Both the position numbers and the translations under genes were made by a program. Below, in pieces: positions 36,348-47,723 of a stretch of 64,000 nt of DNA. A model generated the notes under the pieces. The model saw only the letters and a list, made by a program, of their open reading frames with translations, was not told where the DNA came from and did no database searches. This DNA is from Macrostomum lignano (taxonomy: Eukaryota): NCBI GenBank assembly GCA_002269645.1, contig NIVC01003424.1, positions 34,271-98,270 of the forward strand, read 5' to 3'. The first letter of the stretch is position 1, and the number at the start of each line of letters is the position of its first letter.

Positions 36348-39300
36348 TGGTCGGTATTATCATCAGATGCTTATTTAATATTGAAATGAGTTTGCAATTT
36401 ACCACTGCCAGTTAACAATCGCTAGGCTATGTACAATAAATACCAAGTGAGCTCACATCGAACTATTAGACGGGCTCTTGTACAGGGCGCAGGTTTTTGG
36501 CCAAGGCTAAGTAAAGGAAGCGGGCGGCGCTGCTTGGGAGGTGGCTCTGCCCCTCTCCCCCGGTTTGCCGCGCCATGGCCTGCTGGCGCCCCTTGCCTCT
36601 TTTCCTCTCCCTCTCAGGATCTTTTCTGTGCTCTCTTCCCCTTCTCCCCCATTGCCCTAGTGGCCTGAAAGCCCCCTAGCCTGCCCAGCCCTCAGCCGCT
36701 TCCCTTTAACGGCCCCGGCCCCGCACTACAGTGTACGTGGGCACTATGCCTGGCCCAGCACAGGGCACAGGCACGAGTGGCTTTGACTGGGGGGAGGGTG
36801 GCGACTAAAGCCCACATTGTATTAGTCAGCCCGCATTCTGCCTTGGCCCCACATGTTTATTCCTGTTTCTGCACTCCTTCGCCTATGGTTTGGCTAGTAC
36901 AGGGCAAGCTGCCCCATATGATACGACAGGATTCTAGTTAATGCATCTGGGATCAGTTTAACTTTAATTATAATTTTACTATCCTTCACACATGTACAGT
37001 ACTTTTACTTCAAAGCTCTTTATTCTTAAGAAGCGTAGATGCTTGGTCTGTTACAGGCACTGCAGAACAATTTTTGCAGAGTTTCACATCACAGACACCA
37101 ACGCATTATTTTAGTGCAATTTTGGCACCACAGGCATAATTTTAGCGCCAGTTTAGCGCCGCAGACGAGATTTTTCAGGTGTATATAAAAATTAATTAGG
37201 CCCCTATTTTCACTGACCTCTTTCTGACCTTTTTCTGATTTGTATCGCTCTGCTTGTCCCAATCCATCTAGAAGCTATTATAATGCCTTTGCACCAAACA
37301 GAGCTCCAACAGCAGTTAACCGCAGTAATATTATCTGAGCAGTGCATATTCACTGACATGAGCTACATACATCTAAGAAAGCTTATTTTAAGTACTTCAA
37401 CAGCAACACAAACGAATTAACATGAAAGTTGTTGCTGGGCACCACTGACAAGTCCCTTAAAATTCCTACTCCATATGACTTCAGTTAAGCCAAAATGATA
37501 CCTGCCAATTCGCATTGTCATTAAGGTACTATACTATACTATTAGGTACTATACTATTCTCAAGGTAGAGCATCAGTGAGTAACCAGCTTGCGTAGTACA
37601 TAGCAAAGCCATCAACTTACAGTGTGAAAGACCCTTCTTTACTATTCCCCTTGCCCCTTCTCCCTTATTTCTTTTCCTTTCCCGCCTCCACTATAGGGCT
37701 AAGCAGAACAGACCGAGATCTGGGGCATGGGGAGGTCGGGTAGAATCGAGACTTGGAGACCGACCAAGGCGAGGGTTCCCTCAAGCCTCCCGTTTTCTTC
37801 CATTCCGGGTCGGTTTGACCGCCTGCCCCGGCCCGACCGCTTCTATACAGCGCGCTTTTGGGCCCGCACCGCCACGCGAGCTCTGCAGCGGCTAGTAGAG
37901 CGAGGGCGGGAGAGAAAGGGGCTCCCCCAACCCACCCTACCCTGCTGCCTCGTCCCCCTGCTCCTACTGTACCCCTTTCTGTCCTCTATTTTCCTTTCCT
38001 AGTGCCGTGGCCCAACGGATTCCGTCCCCACCTATGCTGGCATCATTCGGGCCTGGGCTTTAGCCGAGGTCTCTTTCTTCTGCCTCACTGCAGCCCCCTC
38101 GTCTCTTAGTAAAGCCTTTGTTGATCGTGTGTACATGCCTCTCTCCCTGGCTTTAGCTGAGAGGGTGCTATCGGTAGGGTGCTGGTTTGAAACCCCACCC
38201 TGACATCGCCTGTTTTGCAGCTCACTGCCTTCTGTTTCTCAGTAACAGCTGCAAGCCACCCTGCCCATGAAGTAAAGCAGTTTAGCTGGTTTCGCTTCCT
38301 ATTCTCAATCGTCTATTTTCTGCCTTACCAGCGTACTATTCGTTATCCCAAAGCATTTAGTCTTCTCAAATTAAACAGTCATCTGAACTGTCTGACTACT
38401 GGGCCCATGAGGATTTCAAGTGGCTTTTCTATTAATCAAAGTTATGTTGACTGGCTGTATTGTTTTAACATTGCGCGTTATTATCTTGACTAATAAATGG
38501 AATTATCCGACAATACTCGTGTTATGCTTTGTACAAGAGTAGTCTATGTAGGTAATTTGACTGGATAATATCAATCAAGTTGAAAACCACATGCAGGGGG
38601 TAAAAATACTATGAAACTATTGGGATTACTACGAGTAGATAGAGTTAGTCTGCCAACTTAGGCGAATCTGGGAGGGGCAAAGCGTCTTATATTTCGATAT
38701 TGGCTCCAGAAATGTACAGTATAGCGCCTGAATATTGAAAGAGAAAAACATATTTATCAGTAAAGTTAAACGGGTACAATGTAAAATTTCATTTAAAATC
38801 GTGTTTTACTGATTTTTCTCCGGCTATTCTGCTTCTGTGATCACTTCTTGATGTTCTGAGTTGTATCTTCATGCCCATTAGTACTGATTTTTCTCCGGCT
38901 ATTCTGGTTCTGGAATCGCTCCATGATGTTTTTAGTTGTATCTTCATGCCCATCAGTACTGTCTAGCACGTCAGCACCATTTTGTGGCTTGAAAATTGAA
39001 CTAGATGTAACTCGTATAAGCATGGAAACGTAGGATGCGACAGTCATAACAGTAAAACTACCGGGGGGTTTCCGGAACGTAGAAACGCAGGCACACGAAA
39101 TTCAACGAAGTCAGAGCTGATGCAGTCAGATTTGGTCGACATGCTGGTGAAATTTGGAGGCTTGGCAAGGCCGCATTGAGGCGAAGTGCTGTTTGGTGCA
39201 CACTAGCGCTTTGAATTTTTGAATACAATACTGAATACACTAAATCCTACCTTCTGGCAAAGTTGTTGAATGTCTCGACGGTCGGGAGGGCTGGCCTCTT

Positions 39301-39851
39301 GATTCTTGTTTGCAAAAGTGCACAACTAAAAGCTAGTCTGTGTTCTTAAATTTTGTGTGCTTGCGTTGCTCCGTTCCAGCGTAGGCGTTGCACAAATTTA
39401 CCCTCTACAGTAGTTCAACGTGCGGAAAAATAGCTTGATATTCCTACTGTTAATGCTAAAAACTGAGCTTTGACAGTAGGACGGCAGTAGACTCAGATTT
39501 TAAATGGTGTTAAGCAATGAGTAACAAACTTACATCAGTGAAATTAGCTTCCATTGTACTTTCAAAATGACTAGCAATCTTTGCTCCGTTGGGGAGGCAA
39601 CTAATGAAGTGAAAACCTTTCCAAAGCCACTGGTTATAATAAAGTCTTATGTACATGTTTTACCACAGAAGTTTTTAAGGCAGGATCTTTATGCGAAAAA
39701 ACATTCCCCTAATATCACGCTCTCCCGCCAAGTTCAAGATCAAATGCGCTCGTTTAAACAGCGTTTCTTGAGCTCCGTAATAATGAGTCCGTAGTTGCCG
39801 TCTGTGTTATCTAAATGTTCTCCGCACTTGTAACTTCATCTACCCAAGCAG

Positions 39852-40187
39852 GAGGACAGCGAAATGATAACAGACAACTCGCTGATTATGGACTCGGTGG
39901 CCTCCATGCGCGCGGGTAGCAGCATTCTGACCATGTCGCTGGAGCCCGACTATGATGATAGAGTCAATGGCGGTCTCAGTCTGAAAGTTTTCCCTGCAGG
40001 CGCTGCTGCCACTGTCGATGCCCCGCCTGCCACCACGGCCGCCTCCTCTAGCGCCGCTGCCTCCGTGCCTGCTAACTCTGAACCTGTTAGCAGATCTACG
40101 CCTAAGCCCAGCAGTCTGACCTTTCACCAGGCCACCACGGCGTCCATGGCCTGCAAGCCCGACAGGGATAAGGCGCAATTGAAAATG
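39852..40187 (+). CDS. Zinc-finger protein internal exon (Ala/Ser/Pro-rich)
   Basis: NAGNAG acceptor AAG|CAG|GAG, phase 0, open for 112 codons. Donor ATG|GTAGGC. Confidence 0.7.
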
Positions 40188-40415
40188 GTAGGCCTTAATT
40201 TCAGACTGTGTATAGACCGGTAGATAGCTATAGCTAGTCTGATTGAATAGCTGTATGGGCTTTCAATACTAATTAGTAATTCATGGGTGCACACGCCAAC
40301 CCGCACAGTTTTGGGCCTGTACTGTTAATATGAGATTTTATATACAACTGTATATGGCTCTTAGTCTAGCTCACTGCCAGGAAATTATTGAGCTGAAACT
40401 CCAACTACCACCCAG

Positions 40416-40877
40416 ATCCCAGTGGAGAGCTTCGGCAAGCGCTACGAGGTTCTGACTCGAAACCTGCGCCAGATGGGCGGCCGGCTGCTCATCGGACAAC
40501 GGCTGGACCGGGGCACCCTGGACTTTTCCTGCCAGTGCCGCTATTGCCGCCGGGTAGTGAAGCTGAGCAAACCGAAAGCCTACAAATTTAAGATTCACCT
40601 GCGCACCTGCAAGGAGCGCCGCAAGACTTCGTTAGATGGCGTTGAAACAGTCGCAGCAGGCAGCGCAGCAGCTAAGGATGCCGAAGAACTTGAAGCTACA
40701 GCTCCTGCTGCACAAAACCGACTGTCCGTGAGGCAGCAGCAAGAGGAATTCGAAGATGATGAAGAGGAAGCGGAGCATTCAAGTCTGGCTGCCTCGGAAA
40801 CTCGGCCAGACGGTGGCGCCGACTCTCCATCGCCTCTGATCGACCTGCCGCTGGCATCTCAGGAAATTCCGGCCTGA
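40416..40877 (+). CDS. Zinc-finger protein last exon: C2HC (BED-like) finger and acidic tail
   Basis: Acceptor CCACCCAG|ATC is the in-frame option. CRYC-x16-HLRTC, EEEFEDDEEE. TGA at 40875-40877. Confidence 0.7.
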   Translation: MPVESFGKRYEVLTRNLRQMGGRLLIGQRLDRGTLDFSCQCRYCRRVVKLSKPKAYKFKIHLRTCKERRKTSLDGVETVAAGSAAAKDAEELEATAPAAQNRLSVRQQQEEFEDDEEEAEHSSLAASETRPDGGADSPSPLIDLPLASQEIPA

Positions 40878-42596
40878 CAGAGTCTAGATCTCAATCAGGT
40901 GTCCAACTCACTTTTCCTAGGCTGTTTGCGTTTTGTCTGGCATTAAATTGGAACATCCTGGATCAAATTGGGTGTTCTAAACTTTGCTAGCTATTCCTTA
41001 TTATTAAAAACACAGCTTTAGAGTACAAAATGATTAATCACAATAGTGCGTACCCAGCCCGGAAGGAACACCACGAGAAAACAGAGAAGCTCGTGCGAAA
41101 CCAGGTATAAAAACCCTCAGCAGGCGGAGGGGGAGGGCCGCTGCACACAGGAGGGTAGAAACAAACACAACGCACAACCCCCACGCCAACCCGCGCATGC
41201 ACAAAGGCGGAAAACCAGCCCCCGGGGGTACTAAAGCTGGTCTGGTCATCGGCACGCCTCAGAGCAAACCAAGGCATGGTGCAGAATTAATATACTCTAA
41301 ACAGAAGTTTGGTGTGGTCTGGTCCTGGAATAGAATTCAGTGTGTCCTGTCTTCAGCAGTCAAAATAAATGAGCTCTCAGTACCGGCATTAGCTTGCAAC
41401 CAACCCGCCAGATGTAATCATTAGGAACAGGACCTTAGTCGACGAGATAGCTAGGATAGACACGCTGGGGCTGTAGTAGAATTTGACTCATTGTCGTGCT
41501 TCATTACACATTACTCATTAGTAATGAGTCATTACGCATGGCTATGCACTCTCGCGGTGGGCAAGAATGCCATACAGATATACTGCTTCTAAGAAAAGTC
41601 TGCCTGTGTTATTATTGTGTTGATATTTACATGTAGCTTTACAGATCAAATACAGTTTTTATGTTCTGCCATGCATATTTTGATCTCTAACAGATTGGCG
41701 CAACTGAGAAAATAGCTTTATTGCATGTAAGCCACTAATTAATTATCTGCTTCTGCTGTGGCTCTCCTGATCGCGACTGTTATGCTATTTTTCACAGCCT
41801 AATAGAATTTTTATACTCCCTAAACTACCATTATCGCAGTGCAATCGCGGTCTTGTAAATTAGATACCTGCCTCTTTTTCCTTTCTGTTTTTGTTTCCAT
41901 CTAGAAAACCTATTGGCAGCATTTTAGTTCACTGTTGACAGAAAAAATTAGTAAATTTTCCAATGTGTTCACTATAGGACGTTTCGTGTGTGTCAGTGCC
42001 CTGACCCCCTGTCACGGAATTTTTCAAACTGAACTCCAATCTCTTTTATTCCGTTTCGTCTCTTACTCATAAAGCTTACTATTTTAACTGATGCTAATAT
42101 ATTATTGTACACTGGTGTTCAAATGGCTGTACACTTAGCTTGCTTGTCTTGCTACCCTGTGGAGCATTACTCTTGGTATGTTTTAATAAACGTCATATTT
42201 ACTCATAATTCATTTCTCACCCTGGTTGCGGACAAGTCTTCTGATTCTATGCAGCACCTATCGGAACTGTTTTTATCTGCAAATAACTTGTACACTGATT
42301 GAATTGAGTTGTCGCTATCTTCCTTCTCTGTCTAGTCATTAAACCTGCATGTCTGCATTCACCATTGTTTCTGGCTGGTAAGCCAGCAACTTATAAATGC
42401 CTGTTAATGCCTGCTTGGCTATGATGACCCTGTCTGCATTTTCACTATTTGCAGCGTATTCGCTTTAACCGAACTTGCAGTATCATTAACGTCTCGTATT
42501 CTGCCTAAATGTTCGGCGCGCTTGGGTTGGCGTTTTGTTCCGTATGCGTTACATGACATTTTTTCTATGTAATTTGCTTCATTTTTCTGCATCCGC

Positions 42597-44026
42597 ATAT
42601 GATTGAGCAGTCTGAGTTCTGGTGCGGGATGAACCGTTAAGCTGTTGATTTTGCTGAATATGATTGAGCAGTCTGAGTTCTGGTGCGGGATGAACCGTTA
42701 AGCTGTTGATTTTGCTGAATATGATTGAGCAGTCTGAGTTCTAGTGCGGGATGAGCCGCTAAGCTGTTGATTTTGCTGAATATGATTGAGCAGTCTGAGT
42801 TCTGGTGCGGGATGAACCGTTAAGCTGTTGATTTTGCTGAATATGATTGAGCAGTCTGAGTTCTAGTGCGGGATGAGCCGCTAAGCTGTTGATTTTGCTG
42901 AATATGATTGAGCAGTCTGAGTTCTGGTGCGGGATGAACCGTTAAGCTGTTGATTTTGCTGAATATGATTGAGCAGTTTGAGTTCTGGTGCGGGATGAGC
43001 CGCTAAGCTGTTGATTTTGCTGAATATGATTGAGCAGTTTGAGTTCTGGTGCGGGATGAACCGCTAAGCTGTTGATTTGGCTGAATATGATTGAGCAGTT
43101 TGAGTTCTGGTGCGGGATGAACCGCTAAGCTGTTGATTTGGCTGAATATGATTGAGCAGTTTGAGTTCTGGTGCGGGATGAACCGCTAAGCTGTTGATTT
43201 GGCTGAATATGATTGAGCAGTTTGAGTTCTGGTGCGGGATGAGCCGCTAAGCTGTTGATTTTGCTGAATATGATTGAGCAGTTTGAGTTCTGGTGCGGGA
43301 TAAGCCGCTAAGCTGTTGATTTTGCTGAATATGATTGAGCAGTCTGAGTTCTAGTGCGGGATGAGCCGCTAAGCTGTTGATTTTGCTGAATATGATTGAG
43401 CAGTCTGAGTTCTGGTGCGGGATAAGCCGCTAAGCTGTTGATTTTGCTGAATATGATTGAGCAGTCTGAGTTCTAGTGCGGGATGAGCCGCTAAGCTGTT
43501 GATTTTGCTGAATATGATTGAGCAGTCTGAGTTCTAGTGCGGGATGAGCCGCTAAGCTGTTGATTTTGCTGAATATGATTGAGCAGTCTGAGTTCTGGTG
43601 CGGGATAAGCCGCTAAGCTGTTGATTTTGCTGAATATGATTGAGCAGTCTGAGTTCTAGTGTGGGATAAGCCGCTAAGCTGTTGATTTTGCTGAATATGA
43701 TTGAGCAGTCTGAGTTCTAGTGCGGGATGAGCCGCTAAGCTGTTGAATTTGCTGAATATGATTGAGCAGTCTGAGTTCTAGTGCGGGATGAGCCGCTAAG
43801 CTGTTGATTTTGCTGAATATGATTGAGCAGTCTGAGTTCTGGTGCGGGATAAGCCGCTAAGCTGTTGATTTTGCTGAATATGATTGAGCAGTCTGAGTTC
43901 TAGTGCGGGATGAGCCGCTAAGCTGTTGATTTTGCTGAATATGATTGAGCAGTCTGAGTTCTAGTGCGGGATGAGCCGCTAAGCTGTTGAATTTGCTGAA
44001 TATGATTGAGCAGTCTGAGTTCTGGT
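42597..44026. repeat. 61-bp satellite, ~23 copies
   Basis: Unit GATTGAGCAGTCTGAGTTCT(G/A)GTGCGGGAT(G/A)A(A/G)CCG(T/C)TAAGCTGTTGATTTTGCTGAATAT. The register shifts by 1 base per 60-base line. Confidence 0.97.
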
Positions 44027-45885
44027 GGGTTATTTTGCAGCAGACTGACGTTTTGTTGTAAATATTCGTTGCATAGCTAAACAATGCTTGTGTTCACTTT
44101 AGCCGATTTCTCTTGCACTTCAATGCGTGCTGCCCAAATTTACTGACCCAATCCATTGTTGATATCTACTTAGGTTCTTTTTTCTCTAAAGCTATCGCAT
44201 AAGCGCAATAATTATATGTAACTATGTCCACTTTTGCCAACATTTGGCTCTGTCTAGCAGCTCTAGACCAATAATGATATTCTAACTTGTATACACAATA
44301 CGTCTACGTGTATATCTCTTGTTGCAGTCTTTTCTGATATTGAGATGATTGAGTCCCACAGGGGAGACTGCTGCCTGAATCTGTGCCCCATTCAGTACCC
44401 AAGTGGCCCGACTCATGGACTCTTGCACTTCGACGGTATTTCCGGAGCGAATTCTTCCGTGGGTACCGATTAACTAATGAGATTGATTAACTAGTACTTT
44501 AAAGCGGTATCTTGGGTTTTTTTATTTCACTGAAGCTAATTTACTTCCAGTAATACTGCATTGGCATATTGTACGACGTAATATCGTCCATAAGATAAGT
44601 GCAACTCTGAATCGTCGGATGCCAACATGCCAACAAGTCGACAAATTCGTCCCGAATGCTCATTTACATGAAAAGTGCTATAAATGTACATGCAGACCCA
44701 AGTGAGCAAGGCCAAAGGAGCACATACATTTATGAATAAACTTATCGGGTGGCGGCACATAGAGAAAGCACGGCACAGCCCCGGAGGTGACTGAAAGCTG
44801 ACATCTGTTCAAGGATTTTTAAGGTGATTAATAAGTTTAAAAGGACTTCGCGTTTAGAAAGCTTTGCTCGTTTGAGTTTCTAGCTTAATTTAATGTTTAC
44901 GTGTACTAGCTAGCTCCTAATATTTTATTTAAACCGCACTGCACTGCCCTGCTTTGTTGCAGCGCTATGCTCGTAGCAAGGACAACAAGGCAATTATTAT
45001 TATGTTTAAAATAATGACAAGACCAATTTAACATGAAAAATCGATTAATGCGTCGTTAGAGCAGCATGTAAAGCACAAAATAGTGTGATTAGAACTTTCT
45101 CTGACACTGTTAAGAGACCCATGCAATCACTGTTTTAGTGTTGAAAATCGTGAAATTTCCTATATCCGTAGTGTATTTTCTCATGAAACCTGCCTTTAAA
45201 ACTATTTTTGAACGAAAAGCTTTATGAATAACTATTTCTGAACGAAAAGCTTTATGAATGGTCGATAGAGCAATAAGAATTAAGGCACAACATATCACAA
45301 GATGAACACTGGATCTGCCTCCTATCAAAAGCAAAAACAAATTTTGTGCTGAAAAATTAAAACCTCCTATCTCTGTAGTGTATTTTTGGCGAAAAGTTAC
45401 CTTCAAAACATTTACCATAGATTTCGAGTGTTGCGTCCTATATGTTACTTTGAGTAGTCCTTGGCCCGTAGCTGCCTACCGTTGTACTGTGGTAGTGGGA
45501 CTAGCTGATACTTTGTGTTTCTGTTTGGGGCGTCTATTTGAATGGCTCTTTGCATCTGCCGAAGTTTTTTGTACATGTATCTACCCGTCGAGTGCATGGC
45601 CCCACTCGTAGCCGAGTTTTTACGAATTCCAATAGATGGTCCTTTATACTGTGCCACGCAAGCTCCGCGTTTTACTGTGCCAACAGCGCGGTGGTCACGC
45701 TGTTGGTCCCGCGGAGGGCAGAGGCTAAAATTCCGCCACGGATGGACCATGCGATGGACCATGTCCTGCAGGATCAATTTTTTCCTTTTGACTTCTAATA
45801 TACATCATGTGGTAAGCAGGCTCTATTAATGTACATATTCTTTCTCATTTTCTCAGTTTTTTATCTTAATTTGTATTTTAATACC

Positions 45886-47723
45886 ACTGCACAGGCCATG
45901 CAGTCATTATATTTGCAGAGCCATTATATTTGCGCACTGGAGCCTCCTGTACACGTCGGCAGACGACCGCAGCCGGGGCGGTGTCGGCGTGCAGATCGGA
46001 CCGCGCCTTCGGCAGAGCGTGCACTGCGCTTCGCTGTCCCCGCGACTGATGCGGGTCGACCAGCGCCTGCGCGCCTTCTGCATCCGGCTGTTCTGTGCGT
46101 ATGCACCCACCGCTGCTCACCCCGAGGAGGCTCGTGCCTTCTTCGACTTCCTGGCTGGGCAGCTGGAAGAGGTGCCAAACCGCGACACGCTGGCGGTGCT
46201 CGGAGACCTGAACGCAGTTCCGCGGCGGTCCGAGTGCTCACCCTTTGTCGCGGGACGCGAGAACAAAGGTTTCATGAACCGCGTGCTCGCCGGCGCTTCT
46301 GCGACCACTGAGTGGACCGTCGAGCACATCGTGCCGATCCCGAAGAAGGCAGGGACAACGCGGAAAGAAGACCACCGCGGGATCTCACTGATGTCCTGCA
46401 CCACGAAGCTCTTCAACCGGCTGCTGCTCGATCGTCTGCAGTCGGTGCTGGACGGCCATAGCTGCGGTACGAGCAGAACGGATTCCGGCCGCAACGCGGC
46501 ACAGTGACACGACACAGATCCTTGCACTCCGCCGCGCCGTGTCATCGAAGAGGCGCGCATCCGCCAGTCTACGCTGATCACATTGTCTTCGTTGACTTTC
46601 GAAAGGCGTTTGACTCGGTGTTGAGAGCCGCGCTCCCCTTTGTCCTTCGAGCCTACCGGGGTACCCCAGTAGCTAATCGACGCTGTCATGGCGCTGTATC
46701 GCGACACTCAAGCTGCTGTGGTGACGGCGGACGGCTTGATACTTCATTAGGAGTTCTGCAGGGCGATACGCTGGCGCCGTTTCTCTTCGTGTTGCTGCTG
46801 GACTGGGTGCTTTGGACCGCACTCCCCTCGGCTGACGACGGCTTCCTGCTACGCAGACGCATCGGTCACCGCCACGGCGAAAAGAGCCTGAGCGTGCTTG
46901 GCTACGCCGACGACCTCGCCTTCCTGTCCTCGTCCGTTGAAGGCGCCCAGCGCCAGATCGACAGGTTGGTCGAGGTGGCATCGAGCATCGGACTGGTTGT
47001 CAACACGCTGAAGACCGAGATGCTGACTGTGCCGGCCGACATCCCAGCGGACCTGACATGCCGCGGCAGAAGGGCAGACGACCACGCTCGCACGCTGCCA
47101 GCGGTTCGCCTACCTTGGCGGTCTGGTACCATACGTGGACGAAGACCTCCGGCAGAGAACTTGCCTGGGCTGATCCGGAAAAAGAACTTGATCCGGGCCG
47201 TCGTCCAGTCCGAAGCGCTGCGCCCGACCGTCAGAGGGCTCGGCTGTGGCAGGCGCGCGGTGGTCGAAACCATCCTGCTCTACGGTCGTACAACGCCGAG
47301 ACGTGGACGCTGATGGCTACGCTGGAGCGGCAGCTGGACTCGGTGCACTCAGGGCTGCTCCATGCGGCCTTTCGAGCTGATAAGAGCTTCGGGACCGAGG
47401 CCCGTACGATCGGGCCAAGCTGCAGCGCCCGTCATCATCCTGCGCCGGCGGCGACTACAACTGGCGGGCCACGTGATCCGGGCCGAAGGCTACTGCCCCC
47501 AATCTGTTCAGGACATCCTGCTGCTCACGCTGCAGGGCCCACTCAGGCGGGCTCAAGCCCAAACCCGTCGATACGTGGACTGCCTCCTACGCGACGCCGG
47601 GGCGCCCGACACTGCCAACGGGGCGGACTTCGTCCGCTCTCAGGCTCTGCGGCGCGCCATCTGACGCACCCTGCTTTGTGACTTTGCTTGCGGGGCTGCG
47701 TAATTTGTTGTTGTTGTTTGTTG
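45886..47723 (+). mobile_element. Non-LTR retrotransposon (RTE-like), 5'-truncated, internally deleted and frameshifted
   Basis: APE motifs (GGVG, CAYAPT, LGDLNA) fused directly to RT motifs (IVPIPKK...HRGISL, FVDFRKAFDSV, LQGDTLAPFLF, YADDL). (TTG)n tail. Candidate TSD TTTAATACC at 45877-45885 and 47724-47732. Confidence 0.9.

Noticed and set aside
42597-44026. CRISPR-like array (also 34839-35260)
   Set aside because: Units are contiguous near-identical repeats with no unique spacers, no cas genes, and a eukaryotic context.
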